A stretch of DNA of 64,000 nt from Syncephalis fuscata S228 (lineage: Eukaryota; Fungi; Zoopagomycota), in NCBI GenBank assembly GCA_025786725.1, contig JAHLTZ010000061.1:1-64000 (forward strand), read 5' to 3'. Below the pieces are notes generated by a model. That model had not been told where the DNA came from and did not search any database. It saw only the letters and a program-made list of their open reading frames with translations. How positions within the stretch are numbered: the stretch's first letter is position 1; every line of letters begins with the position of its first letter. Below, in pieces: positions 12,929-26,426 of the stretch. The translations under genes and the position numbers were made by a program.

Positions 12929-15663
12929 ATATCATCTATGGCGTTTAATTTAATAAATAACATGGTCCACACACTTTTATACTACAACTAAAAGGAATAT
13001 CACACAGCACACATTTATTAGTATAAATAATACAGCTAACTAAATAAATTACTAATGTTGTTAAAATTGATAATATATTTGTAGTTGTACTAGCATGCTA
13101 ATCATGATTCAAAGTGCATTGTGACATTGCATTGTCTACAGATGCTATAAAATATAACCAAAATATCTTTATTGTATTAATAAAGATATGGACTATGGTG
13201 AAAAAGAGAAGGCTAGAATCCTAGTTTACATATACATCTCCAGTACAAGTAAATAGAGTTGAAGTAGTATTGAGTAGAACGCATAATTTACGTTGACTCA
13301 AGTTTCCAGTAGTGATCATGTTAGATCGCTGAACAGTTAGTAATATATTGATTCTTACAACCTGTGCATGCTAGTACAGTATGCATAATCGCAATTTAGC
13401 AAACATTCATCAATGTATGTTATTCCGTATTAGCAAGTGTTCAGTAAAACACAATGGTATTTACCTTTATATGGTCACTACGTCGTCTTGATAAATTTAA
13501 ATAAATGTCTATAATATTTAACAGTCCACATGCAATCATAGCATAACAACTGCACCAGGAATGGTCTATTTGATGTATGTTGACGACCTAGACTCCCACC
13601 CATCAGCGTCGGTCTATACGGTCTTCAGCTATCATAATCATGATGTGCCGTGGTTGCTGTTTTACCATTGCTTATAACACAAGCAATATCAGAAAACTAT
13701 TCATCCAGGCGACATACATGACTAAATAAACAGAAACGAACAACCAATAACGCTGAGCCCATACCCACGTCTAGGCCATCTACACACAAACAAGAAATCT
13801 AAAATACAATAACAGCAGTGCAATAGCACACTGTTGCGATATTATACAGCCAGCACAGCCACATTGTCATTTTTACGCAGTTGAAGATAACAACTTAGAT
13901 GGCACAAACAGTATAGCACCTTAAACCAAAGTTGTGCCAATTAAGGCGCTTTAACTGCTAAAACAGCAATGCCATTATGACAACTGCTTAACACCACCCA
14001 CAAGCAAGGAATAGTGATATGTATATACACACACCTGAGTGTATATACAAGCACCACCATACAATACACATAGTGTTCTACAGCACAGATTAGGTTGTTT
14101 GATGTTGTACCATCGATCGTCTCAAGAATTTATACGGATGGGTACTCCTTCTAGACAGCTTAAGTATGCCGAGCAGTTGCATATTGTATGGCTTCACAAG
14201 CAAGCAGTTACAGTGCGCCATATAAAGCTATGCATTCCACTAAACATTGTAATTTACAACATATGAAATAGTAGAATGCACCTGCCAATTAGTTAAAGAA
14301 CAAATGTAAAATCAAAAGGCGTAATTAAGATTACGTGTTTTAATGGGGAATGTGTTGTGTAGGCACACGTGTGTACGTTTAGCGCAGAAGCAAGCACTCA
14401 GCATTATCCAATCGATTGAATCCATTAGACAGAGTGAAAAAAGAAACAGAATAGGCCAGCTTAAAGAAAGGCGTGTTATGCAATGGTGTGTAACATAAAT
14501 GCATATTCAGTAAGGGCGAATATCATTGCAAGGCAAAGAACTATTTGTTAATTGGACAGTGCGATGATTCAGTAAAAATAAAAATGGTTGAATACGGATT
14601 ATTGCGTTACCAATATACCAATCTAATGTAAATAAACAAATAATGGTGATTTACTTATCTATCGCGGTAATACAATTACGAATAGTCTGAACTTGTTTCA
14701 TTGCTTTCTTCAATGGATATGCACGTCAGTGCTAATAAAAATGCAAGCTAGTGAAAAAAGGTGCAACATAAAAATAGGCGTAATGCCATTTCAAGATTGC
14801 AGTCTTGTTTAAATTATCATCAGTTGATGGAATATGTCTAAGCAATTTACCAATTAAATAAGATATGCATGCTATTAATCAATGTTGAAATAACATCCAG
14901 TTGAAATAAAAGGCTTTAAACTGAATTCTTAAATACCTTTGCTAAAAATGATCTACAAGTATGTACAGTAAGCTATACATTCAAGCCTTAGCTATAAAAC
15001 AAACGTTTTTGTAAAGCCAATTTATTTGGTATTTTCATGCATGTTACACAGTGTCATTAGCATCAATCATTAGCACTTGTCTACTTTCCTATACAACTTG
15101 CTATATTATAGTAACACATACAGCTAACAAATATTATATGCTATTTGAATACGTAGTTATATTTATTTATTCAGTAGCATCCATATTGCCAGATATTTCT
15201 GCATAAACTTTATTAAATATGCCCACTGTTTGCGTATGAATGTCGGCCAAACTAACTCTCAAAATGCTTACTCTGTCTACTACGTGTGTGCACAGTGCAT
15301 TTCCCAATCGGTAATGGCGGTTTCAGCAACACATTTTCAAGCTTGACAATCAGTTGCACTCATTGATTTGTTGTACAATTGCTAGCCAATAGGTCATGTA
15401 CTGACATATGATTAATAAAAAGCCAAATGTTTAGAAACACATTATAGCGCAATTAGCCATGTCGTAATGGTGCTGTTTCAAATGTACTATGACACACCGC
15501 CCATGTTTGTTAGCCTATTTATTAAATAAATATATGAGTCGTTCAATATAGTATTTGCGTAATGGACCTTTTCTAAAAACTTTTATGTCATTATTTGATA
15601 CGTGTATTTTGCTTTTATCTTGCAGTATTATAACGTCTCTAACTATCTAAACTTATATACATC

Positions 15664-18364
15664 ATGGACAGCCCAAGCAATTCACTTAGCTATAGCAGTA
15701 CTACTTCGGATTTAAATGATTTTCCCTACATTTCATTACCACCTTCTATTTTACCACTTGTAGCTGAGCCTGATACACACTCCGCTACAAATGCTGTTGC
15801 TTGTGAGCTATCTGTAGCGGCTCAGGCAACAGCAACAACACATCTGCCTACTCTTGCTTCATCATCTGTCGCGCCCAACAATTCAGTAGGAGATATTTAC
15901 GAAAGACTCCCTACTGCATGGGCAGAAATGAGTGAAGCAGAGAAGGCAGAAACAGTAGGCTGGGTTGAAGTATTTAGTGTTGAAGGCATGGGTAAGTAAA
16001 CACATTATTAATGAATAATTAAATTAACCATATATCTGAAGAGTTCCTGTTAAAACGGAACAAGCCGTTTACTCTTTCTCAAGACAAAAACAAGTAAGCT
16101 ATACAGCGCATAATAATGGGCTTTCATTGCTATATTATGGTTTGCTATTGCATAGTAAATGTATACATATTAGGCTATTCTGGTTTGATTCGATATAGCA
16201 CTAATAGACAACATTGTACAGCTTTTACTGATATAATGGTTTATGTTATTTAGCACAGAAGAAGGTCAGGGGACCAGCAAAACTGAATACTTCTGCATAT
16301 CATGGTAAGTAGCACATAACTTTGTATTAAATAGTAATAACAATCATAACACATATTTAGGAGAGAAATCTTGAATAAGAGTAAGTAATTACTATACTAA
16401 TCAATACTAGTGCTAAGTACGTTATTAGAATTTGATGATCAACGACATCATTGGTAAGTACAGTCATTAATAATTATACATAATGCTGACTATGTATTTA
16501 GTTGACGGTAAAGAGATTCAACAAGGAGCTAAGGCTATTATAGAAAATAATAGTTATGTCCGGCTTGATGAAAATAATAGTAAGCTTTATTAATCTACAA
16601 TAAGCAAGGCTAACTATTACTAATACTAGTACTTATGGTATACAAAATCAATAAGCTGGAATTGAGAATTAGCGACAAAAGTTGTGATTTCGGCACAGTA
16701 AGCTAATAGTATTTAGTTATAATAATTTCTGACAACTAACACAATGTTAGGTCGTCGACAGCAAATATGCTGTAACAGAGCAGTTGCTTGGCAGGTGGGT
16801 ATTTGTCTAATTTAAACCATATTGTTTATAACTTAGTTTAGTGGCTCTTTTGGTGACGTCTATTACGGGGAAACACGCGGCAATAAGACGCCCATTGCCG
16901 TTAAGATCTGCGACAAGAAGAAAGTTATAAACGCAATAGAAAATAACATTTTAAATAGTTTCAATGAAGAAAAGGACATGATTACCACTGCACAAGGCCA
17001 CTCGAACATAATCAAGCTAGTTGATGCATGCGATACGGAAATGCACAACTACTTGATGTTTGAGTATGCAGCTGGTGGCGACCTGTTCGATTATTGCGTG
17101 CGCTATGGTCCGCTATCCGAACAGGAAGCCAAGCATATTTTCAAGCAAGTGCTCGAAGGAGTCAAGGTAAGCAACAACTATATTTACTGATTTGTTACTA
17201 ACTCTAAACCAGCATTTGCATAGTAAAGGCATCGTACATTGTGGTAAATTAAAGATGGTATTTATTTACATAACTAACAAAACTATTGTTGCTGCAATGG
17301 CCATCGTTTAGATTTGAAGGTAATTAGCTATGTTAATATATATTAGTTTAATTCCAACCATGCACTAGCCAGAAAATGTCCTGGTTCGGCGTCCAGTCAA
17401 GTATCCGTCTATTTTAATTACGGATTTCGGCACAGCGCGTGAACTTAACGCAGAAGCGCCCATGCTTGATAATATGTGTGGTACCACTAGCTACATGGCA
17501 CCGGATGTCATTCTTAGATCCAAGTTTGGAAATCAGCTGGTTAAAAATATAGAAAAGTATGATGCTGACCTGGCAACTATGTTGAATGCACAATTCCATG
17601 AGCAAGGCTATGGAAAAGAAGCCGACCAATGGAGCCTTGGTCTTATATTGCATTTTATGCTCACACGTAAGTATTTGCAGATCTGGTAGTTTTGTTAACT
17701 TACTGTTTGAATCTAGGCACTCTTCCATTTGAAATTAAAGTCAATAACACATGTTTGATCCATATCAGCAATATATTCAGCAATCCACTAGATTTTGACG
17801 ATAGCTGGAATGGCATATCAACTGAAGGTAAGTAGCTTTATTCTAAAGTTACAAAAGAAACTAATGCAATTTATAGCGCAAAACTTAATTGGTGGTCTTT
17901 TAGCTATCGACCGTAACTTGCGCCTAACAGCCGAGCAGGCTTTAGAAAGTGCCTGGTTTACTGAATTGTCAGAAGAATTCAGTGAGCCAGAAGTAACTCA
18001 AGACGTACAAGAAGAAGAAGAAGAAGAAGAAGAAATAAAAGCCAATAATGCAGCAGAATATACAGCCACAAAGGTTGAACAACAAGAAGAGGTGGCTATA
18101 AAAGATGAAGCATCAGCCAAAGATAAAGAAATAGTAACAAGCGATGCCGAAAAGAAAGTAAGCGAAGATTTAACTGCAACAAACGCGGAAGATGAAGCAG
18201 CCCAAGATCATGCTGTTGCCCTATGGATCACATGGCGTTAAACGGTCCCACTCAACAAGTAGCAACCAACGTCCTGCCAAAAAAATCAAAAACTGTAAGT
18301 GTTTATTGACATGATCTGTTACACGTACTAATTCAACAATTGTCAGGCAATATTTTGTAAATAG
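15664..18364 (+). CDS. Ser/Thr kinase, Mek1/Chk2-like, with degenerate FHA-like N-terminal region, HCD loop and acidic tail; 3' end approximate
   Basis: GSFGDVY, IAVK, EYAAGGDLF, HC|DLK|PENVL, ILITDFGTAR, CGTTSYMAPD, ADQWSLGL, RLTAEQALESAWF; small upstream exons (VDGKEIQQGAKAIIENN) resemble FHA strands; probable frameshift near 18222. Confidence 0.85.
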
Positions 18365-18415
18365 CTTGTTTACTCAGTATTCATATGTTAAATAAATATT
18401 AAATTTCAATACAAC

Positions 18416-18593
18416 GTGATTAACATATTTATGTATGTCATCATAAACCTATTTTATACCATTTTATCAACTATTAATGTGATTTGGAGACAAATGAATA
18501 AACATAACAGTATTTGTGTAATGAACTAGATATTTGTTCTATTGAACATGAGACGGATGGTGAGTTTTATTCAATGATCAAATCGCTTAATCA
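18416..18593 (-). repeat. Dispersed repeat copy 3 (truncated, inverted relative to 12749-12928)
   Basis: About 7 differences over ~178 bp versus the reverse complement of 12749-12928. Confidence 0.9.
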
Positions 18594-18955
18594 AATGTAC
18601 TGTTAATATTATGTTATTTAGATATGATAAATAAAACTACAACATATAATTTATTATCCCGCAATAAAACCAATATATTTGAGTGTAAAAAAGTATGTTA
18701 GCTAATGGCGTATGTGTAATATCTGTTGTAAAGTGTAATAATCATCGAACATGTATATGTAAAAGAAAAAGAAAAATATAGTAATCTTTATTTATTAAAA
18801 ATTAATCAACTATATAACTATTTTCTATATAAACAAAAAGTAGCTCCAGGACTATGAATAAAAATATTTGTAGTAGATGTACAAGATTATGAAGAGCCAG
18901 ATAATTTATAGTATTATATTTGATAATACGGATTATTTATCCATTACTTCACCGA

Positions 18956-20277
18956 TCATTGTTCAGTGTTGAATTGTTTAAACTGTTTTTGAAATGGAAG
19001 AAGATTGCCATCTGGATTGTGTTTGCCAAACGCATTCTTATCGTCAAATATAGCGAATGAAATATACTGATAACCAAGCCATGGCTTTGACGGCGTCGTG
19101 GATCGGTTGCTGCTTCACATGTTGCATTTGAGGCAGGAATGTCTTCGTCTGGTAAACAGTATTCGCGTGTGATAACATCGTAGAAGGCGGCAGCAACATC
19201 AGCTGGTGGATTGCCATAAGCACCGCAGCCTAATGCACTAAGAACAATTGCATCGTGGCCTAGTTTGATTTAGTTTAATTAGTAGGTAGTCATAGTTTGC
19301 AGCATTTGATAGTATATTACCATGTTTTAAGCCGATATTAAGAATGGCACGAATCTTGTCCCGTGTCAATTCACGGTCTTGTGCATTTAGTACAAAACGG
19401 CCAGCTTCATTCTTTTCCAAGCTAGGACGTTTTAGTGCTGGTACAGACTACCATTTAGTGTTAGCATTATCATTGTTTCTATTAGCTCATGTTATTAATA
19501 ACCACTTACCACAAATGCCATGGTACGTGGCTCTGGAAGGAATGCATAGTTATTCGCATCTGTATCTCTAAATACGACTGCTTTGCGAATGTAATGGCCA
19601 CCACGATTGGGTATTGGATAGAGATGCCGCCTACGACATTCGAGAAACTTGAACAGATTTGTACGCCTGAATAAATTCTCTTCCTGGGCACCAGCGCCTG
19701 AACGGAAGCCTAAGTAACTGTAAATTAATTTTTTATAGAGAGTATACTGGTATAGCATACTTACCACCACCAGGTCTTGTTTGAGATGACATATTAAGCA
19801 CCAAAGGATTATAACCTAGATCTCGGAGGCGAAGTCCTTCAGCCAGACAATCTGTGTCTTTGACTTGTATTATTGGTTTTGCTTGTTTATTGTCTGCTAA
19901 CAGTTCGGCATCGTCGTTTGTCTTTTTCGGCCTCAACTCTGTAGCATTCTCGTAGCCGACGACAGCATTAGGACCTTCTGAAAGAGATAGCCAAGTAGGC
20001 GGAATAGTAACTGTTTCGCCTTCAATACCACTCGGTGATGGTAAACTCCGTTTAATTCTTCGATAACCCGGACCGTTTCCAGACCAATTTCTTGACGTCG
20101 AGCACGGTTAGCATTAAAACGCTTACGCCAATGTGGCTTGCGACTAGTGCTCGCTTGGTCATTTGAGTCGTGCTCATTTCCTTGCTTGTTGGAAACGTCC
20201 ACAGGCCGCTTTTCTTGATAATTGCTTGATTGTTGCTGTTGAGCACGCGGCTTGGCCTCTTTTCCTTTGTGCGTCAT
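18956..20277 (-). CDS. Microbial-type poly(ADP-ribose) glycohydrolase (DUF2263/TIGR02452 macrodomain)
   Basis: VLNMSSQTRPGGG|FRSGAGAQEENLFRRTNL (GGG-x-QEE loop) and AIVLSALGCGAYGNPP...FAIFDD; frameshifts near 20037 and 19090. Confidence 0.88.
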
Positions 20278-21184
20278 ATTGTAACTAACTAATAGTAATA
20301 AAGTCTTCCTCAAAAGCAATGAATGGTTGGTTGGTTGTAGATGCAATAGATACATTTTTTTAGTTACATTTAAATAGATTGTATGAGTCATTGTGCTTTA
20401 TTAGCACATCATTACTCACTTTTTGTATATGTCCTAAATGTAGATAATCCACATTGCAAGAGTAATTGGGATTGATTAGCGTGCTTAAAATAGAGCATCG
20501 CTATAATTGTACTAGCTAGTACTAAATAAGGCGGTTACAAGTATCAAGGCGACTGTAACATTAAAAGCACAATTGGTCAAACCGATCATTGAAGCAAACA
20601 ACTCAATATTAGAATTAAGTTGGGTCAGGTGGACATATGTTCATGCGTGTGAGCATGCTTGTCTGTCCATGCACATGTTGATGATCACGACAGCAGTCAC
20701 TATTTATTTGTTACTGAGAAATTAATAAATAAAACATTATTGCAGCTTGAAACTAACCGCCAACAATACAGTTAGCGGTATTCTCTCAATAGACATGCAC
20801 CGTGCGACGTTTAATCTCCTCGTTGTTCCACGGCATTATTGTCCACCTACTATGCCATCATACATAACCGGTATGGCCCACGTCATCAGTCGTTTCTGTG
20901 CCACCAATATCCCCAGCATGTTTGCGTCACAATGTGCTTCGTTCTTGTTTCTATATTCGTCATGAGCAGCTCTAGAGGACTATTTATCTGAGCTTCGTGT
21001 TTTTTAATACAGCAGCTGTCTATTCCATTATCGTCTTCTCTTTCCACATAAGCTTGTTCCGTCGTCAATTATTTTTCACTGCTACATAACGCCTTATAGT
21101 GTATAATCGACTGGTGTGGATAGTGAGACTTACCTTCTACGTTCACTGTTATTATAACATCTTCAATTTAACAACCCATCAATC

Positions 21185-24100
21185 ATGAGCGGTATCAATG
21201 TACCTGCGGTGGCTGCACCGGAGAAACGTACCGGAGCCGTGCTTAATGCTGGTCCATACCGTGATCCACAGGAGCAGCCACGTCTTGTGCGTGGCATCAC
21301 ACTTGAGCGATTTACTCGCTTCACGCAAACGGAAATGTTTTCTGATGTCAATTTGTATTCGCAATTTACCAAGAAGCAGGTTCGAGGTGGCGATAACGTT
21401 CGCATGTGGGTCAACTCCATCCCAAATCTAAAACGTGTGCCATTTGACGAAGCCGTAAGCGGCAAATTCAAGGAAACCAGCGTCGGCAGCGAATGGTTTG
21501 GCCCAACTTGGGTAAGTGACACATAAATGGCCTAAATATATTATCGCTTACATTTTATATGATGCACTATTAGTCGACTCATTGGTTCCGAGTTGAAGTA
21601 AAAGTGCCAAAGGATTGGAGCAGCGAGGAAGAAGTCCAATACTGGTTTGATGCCGGCAATGAAGCAATGGTCTGGTCTGAGGACGGTACTCCACTGCATG
21701 GATTAACTGGCGGCAGTAAGTGCTTTATAATTGAGTTTTTCTAGTATATAGTAGTTTACTAGTAGATTTCTAGATGGTGGTGAACGTCATGTTGACCATA
21801 TAATTCCAAGTGACTACGTCAAGTCCGGCAAGCCTTATCGTTTCTACGTCGAAATGGCCTGCAACGGTCTATTTGGTGCTGGCATGAACTTTATCGGACC
21901 ACCTGATGAGAACCGGCAATACTATGTCAATACATCAGACCTAGTCGTCCCTAATAAATTGGCCTGGGCTCTTTATTATGACTTTCAAATCATCCGTGAT
22001 GCCGCCAGCAATCTTCCGTCCGATAGTGAAGCTGCTTCGAAAGCACTTAAGACGGGCAATGATATTATTAATGCATTTGTAACGGGCAGCGACGAAAGTC
22101 TTGCTCGTGGTCGGGAGATTGCTCGTGCATTCCTCGAGCGAAAAGGCAGCACTAGTGGCCATCAAATTATTGCCGTTGGACATTGTCACATTGGTAAATA
22201 TATAGAGCAACGTATTAAATGTATTTACTAATCGTTTATTATGCAATAATTAGATTCTGCCTGGCTATGGTAAATAAATAGCTATAGCAGCTGTATACGG
22301 TCGTTTTATTAATTAAATCTTTATAGGCCATTTGATGAAACAAAACGCAAGGCTGCCCGTAGTTGGTCGACTCAGATCGACTTGATGGACCGGTATCCCG
22401 AGTACAAGTTTGTCTGCTCTCAAGCTCAGCAATTCTCCTGGGTCGAAAAGAACTATCCAAAATTATTTGAACGTATTCGTGAAAAGGTCAAGTCTGGCCA
22501 ATTCTTGCCACTTGGTTCAGTAAGCAATATAAACAATTGGTATTTTGGATCACTTAAAATTATATGCAATGTATTAGACTTGGGTCGAAATGGACTGCAA
22601 CGTTCCTAGCGGTGAATCTCTTTGCCGTCAGTTCCTGTTTGGGTATGTAAATATGCAATAATTATAATTTCATTAACTAACTACTGTTTATTTGTATACA
22701 GTCAACGCTATTATGAAAGCCGCTTTGGAAAACGTAGCACAATATTTTGGCTTCCCGATACTTTTGGTAAGTGTAATTTAAGTTATATTGCAGTCAGTCT
22801 TACTATACTATGTAATCTTTATAGGCTATTCTGCTCAGGTAATACAGCCCTGTTATGATTATTGCCTTTATTAATTATGTGCATATTTTAGTTGCCACAA
22901 ATTATGAAGCTATCCGGTGCCAAGTACTTCTTTACCCAGAAGCTTTCGTGGAACAATATTAATAAGGCAAGTTTATTGTTACAAACAATAACAAGGCTTT
23001 TAATTTATTTTTATTCATATAGTTCCCAAATACAACTTTCCACTGGGCCGGTTTGGATGGAAGCAAGGTTTGTATAGCAAGCATTAACAAGTACAACATA
23101 GCTTATAATTGCTGCTTAGGTGCTTACTCACATGGCACCCGGCGAGACATATGCTGCTCAAGGAACTGTCAGCGAGTTGATTAAAAGGTAATTAACTAAT
23201 AAGCGACATAAATGGCGTATATACTAAAAAATACATTGTATACGATTATGCTAATAGTGTAAATAATAACCGAGACAAGGCCTATAGCGAGGCAAGCTTA
23301 CTTGTATTCGGCAACGGTGATGGTGGTGGTGGTCCATTGCCAGCCATGATTGAACGTTTGCGCCGCTTAGAGAATATTGTAAGTGCACCTTAGACCATCA
23401 ATAGTTGATGCCAGTATATAAATTATTTACATTTTAATTACAGGAAGGAATTCCCCGTGTTAAAATGGGATCGGCCGAAGAGTTTTACGATCATCTTGAA
23501 CAAAGCTCGAAAGACTTGTGCACCTGGAGAGGCGAATTGGTAAGCAATTAAGCACTACTATCTAGAATAGCTAATGATGTGCCTTTATGTTATAGTACTT
23601 TGAACTCCATCGCGGTACCTACACTAGTCAAGCAGACATCAAGCGTAGCAATCGTACCAGTGAATTGCTAATGCGTGATGTTGAGCTCTTCTCTTGTTTG
23701 GCATCGCTACACGTTAAAGACTTTGTGTAAGTTACACGCGTCGATTACTATTATTGCTGCTAATAGCCATGTTAATTAGCTATCCACGAGAGAAGATCAA
23801 TAGTCTTTGGGAACATGTATTACTGTAAGTTGACGCATTACACGTTTAAATGTAATTGCTTGTTAATATCACGTATATAGCAATCAATTCCACGATGTGT
23901 TACCTGGCTCGTCAATTGAGATTGTGTACAAAGATGCGAGAGAGGTAAGCAGTTGCTTTTGTTAAATCTTGTCAAGGCTAATAGCAATAATAGTTCTACA
24001 AAATCGTGGCTGATGAAGGTCTAATACTGTTAGAAGCTGCTCTTGCTGCTCTCTATCCAAAGTCAGCCGCAGCTGTAGATGATAGTAAGTATTTATAGCG

Positions 24101-26253
24101 CAGGTATATTACTATTATGCTAACATCAGCTGTGTAGGTGTTTTGGTACTAAACTCTCTATCATGGGATCGTAGTGAAGTAGCCACTGTACCAAGCTGTG
24201 GTCAATTGTCTGGTGATTTCCAAATTGCTGCCGATGGCAAGACTGCTTATGTCTTAGGTTAGTTTTAAAATCTATTGATATTACTAGTATTATCATTAAC
24301 AAAAGTACTTTATTTTGCACATTATAGCATCGGATATACCATCGATGGGTCATAGTGCTTTCACTCCCCAATTGAATGCCCAAATGACCGCTACAGGTAA
24401 TTATTGCCTTATTATCGCTTTACAATAATCATTCATTAACATTAATGATCTAGTAACCTCGGTCAATGGCACATTCGTTATGGAGAATCCATATATCCGC
24501 GTCACTGTTGATAGTCGAGGTCATGTCATTAGTCTTTACGACAAGGAGGAAGAGTAAGTGTTTATAGTATAGCCATTACTATATATTAATGACATTATTT
24601 GTTCTAGACGTGAGACTATTCCTGAAGGCTCTAAAGCGAATCAATTCCTTATCTATGAGGATCAGCCACTTTACTGGGATGGTAAGTGCTTTCCATACAT
24701 GTATATAACTATTTTGACTAGTGTTTATTATGGTGACATGGTCTATCTATAATTGTTTATTCAGCCTGGGATGGTAAGTTACAGATTTAACAATAATACA
24801 GATGGGCTCATACATACATTGTTAATAGTTGAAATCTACCATTTGGCCAAAGGTCGTGAGATCTCTTCCGGTACTGTTTCGGTAAGTAATTGTTTGATAA
24901 ACAGTTAAATCAACCTTTTCCCTAATTATATACTAGATCAACGAAGTCGGTCCACTGCGTGCATCGCTGCTAGTTGAATACAACATTAGTCCTACAAGCC
25001 GAGGCAAACAAGTTATTGTACTTAATGCCAACTCATCTCGTCTCGACTTTGAGAATGAAGTTGACTGGAATGAAAACCGTCAAATGCTTGTAAGTGATGA
25101 GCGGACATTAGCAGATTTAATGCTAAACTATTTATAAATAATAGAAAGTTGAATTCCCCGTTGATATCCACTCTGATTTTGTAAGTAGCACTGCTTTTAT
25201 TTAACTAGCAAATATTTAGCATTGATATTTTATTTTATAGGCAACATACGAAACACAATTTGGTTATATTCAACGCCCAACTCACTACAACACTAGCTGG
25301 GACTATGCCAAGTTTGAAGTGTGTGTCCACAAGTTTGCCGATTTATCGGAACACGGCTATGGTGTCACTATCTTCAACGATAGCAAATATGGTAAGCTAT
25401 ATTGTATGTATAGTTAAAACCTCTAATACTAACTATATCATTGCTCATCATTAAGGATTCTCGACCTTTGGTAATGTTATGCGTTTGACGCTACTTAAGG
25501 CACCCAAGGCACCCGACAACCATTGTGATGTTGGTAAGTGTGATGATACTCAGTCTAATCCATTGAATACTTATGATACTATTTAAAGGTCATCACAAAT
25601 TCCGATTTGCCATGTATCCACATCGTGGCACTTTCCACGAAACAAATATTGTTCGTGAAGCTCATCAATTTAATTCACCACTTATTGCACGGTAAGTTAA
25701 ATCTATTTCTATTATGCATTACATTTATTTAATTATCCGCTATTGCGATAGACCACATCCTAAGGCGCAAGTCGAATCGTTGGGCACAAAGGCTGGCGTA
25801 CGCGTACACGGTGCACACAACGTAGTCCTTGAGACGGTTAAACGTGCCGAAGATTCCGACCATGTTATCGTTCGATTGCATGAGGCTTACGGTGGCCATG
25901 GCGGTGTACGCATTGGATTGTAAGTCATATTAAGCTGAAATAGTCTCCTCTTCTATCATAATAGCAAACTAACTATTGGTAATACAGTGACTTTCCAGTA
26001 TCCTCTGTTCATTACTGTAACATTCTCGAAGATGATGGCGGTGCCGAAGTAAAATGCAACAAAGACACTGGCCACTATCACGTAAAATTAAATCCATTTG
26101 AAGTTGTTACGTTGAAACTAGCCGTCAAGTAAGTAACTTAATTGGCTTTGCTTTATTTGAAACTCATTTTTTATTATTTTTGCTTATTGGATAGCTAGTT
26201 CTGCCACCGTAAACAAGAGTGAAGACGATACAGATTGGGTGGTTGTGGACTAA
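21185..26253 (+). CDS. AMS1: Cytosolic/vacuolar alpha-mannosidase, GH38 (Ams1/MAN2C1)
   Basis: [95 protein letters not shown]; more than 20 introns. Confidence 0.96.
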
Positions 26254-26399
26254 CTGCTATATTCAGTACAAGCAGCTATTTATGAAAGTCGTCTATTTAT
26301 ATATGTGTGTGTGCAGATGTGACTGTGAAACACAATAAAGGCTAGTTTTAGTGATTGACAGTTTTATTCAAAAATCAAAAAATAATAACTACGCACTGA

Positions 26400-26426
26400 T
26401 GTGTGCGTGTGTGTGTGTGTGTGTGT
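26400..26426. repeat. (TG)n microsatellite upstream of NOP56
   Basis: Direct reading; similar tracts at ~1158 (GA), ~1215 (ACA), ~12199 (CA), ~47194 (TG). Confidence 0.85.

Noticed and set aside
12749-18593. Pack-MULE-like transposon with 180-bp terminal inverted repeats carrying kinase 2
   Set aside because: No target-site duplication at the outer ends, and the left copy continues beyond 12749 in homology with the 8165-8370 copy, so these are not true paired termini. No transposase seen.
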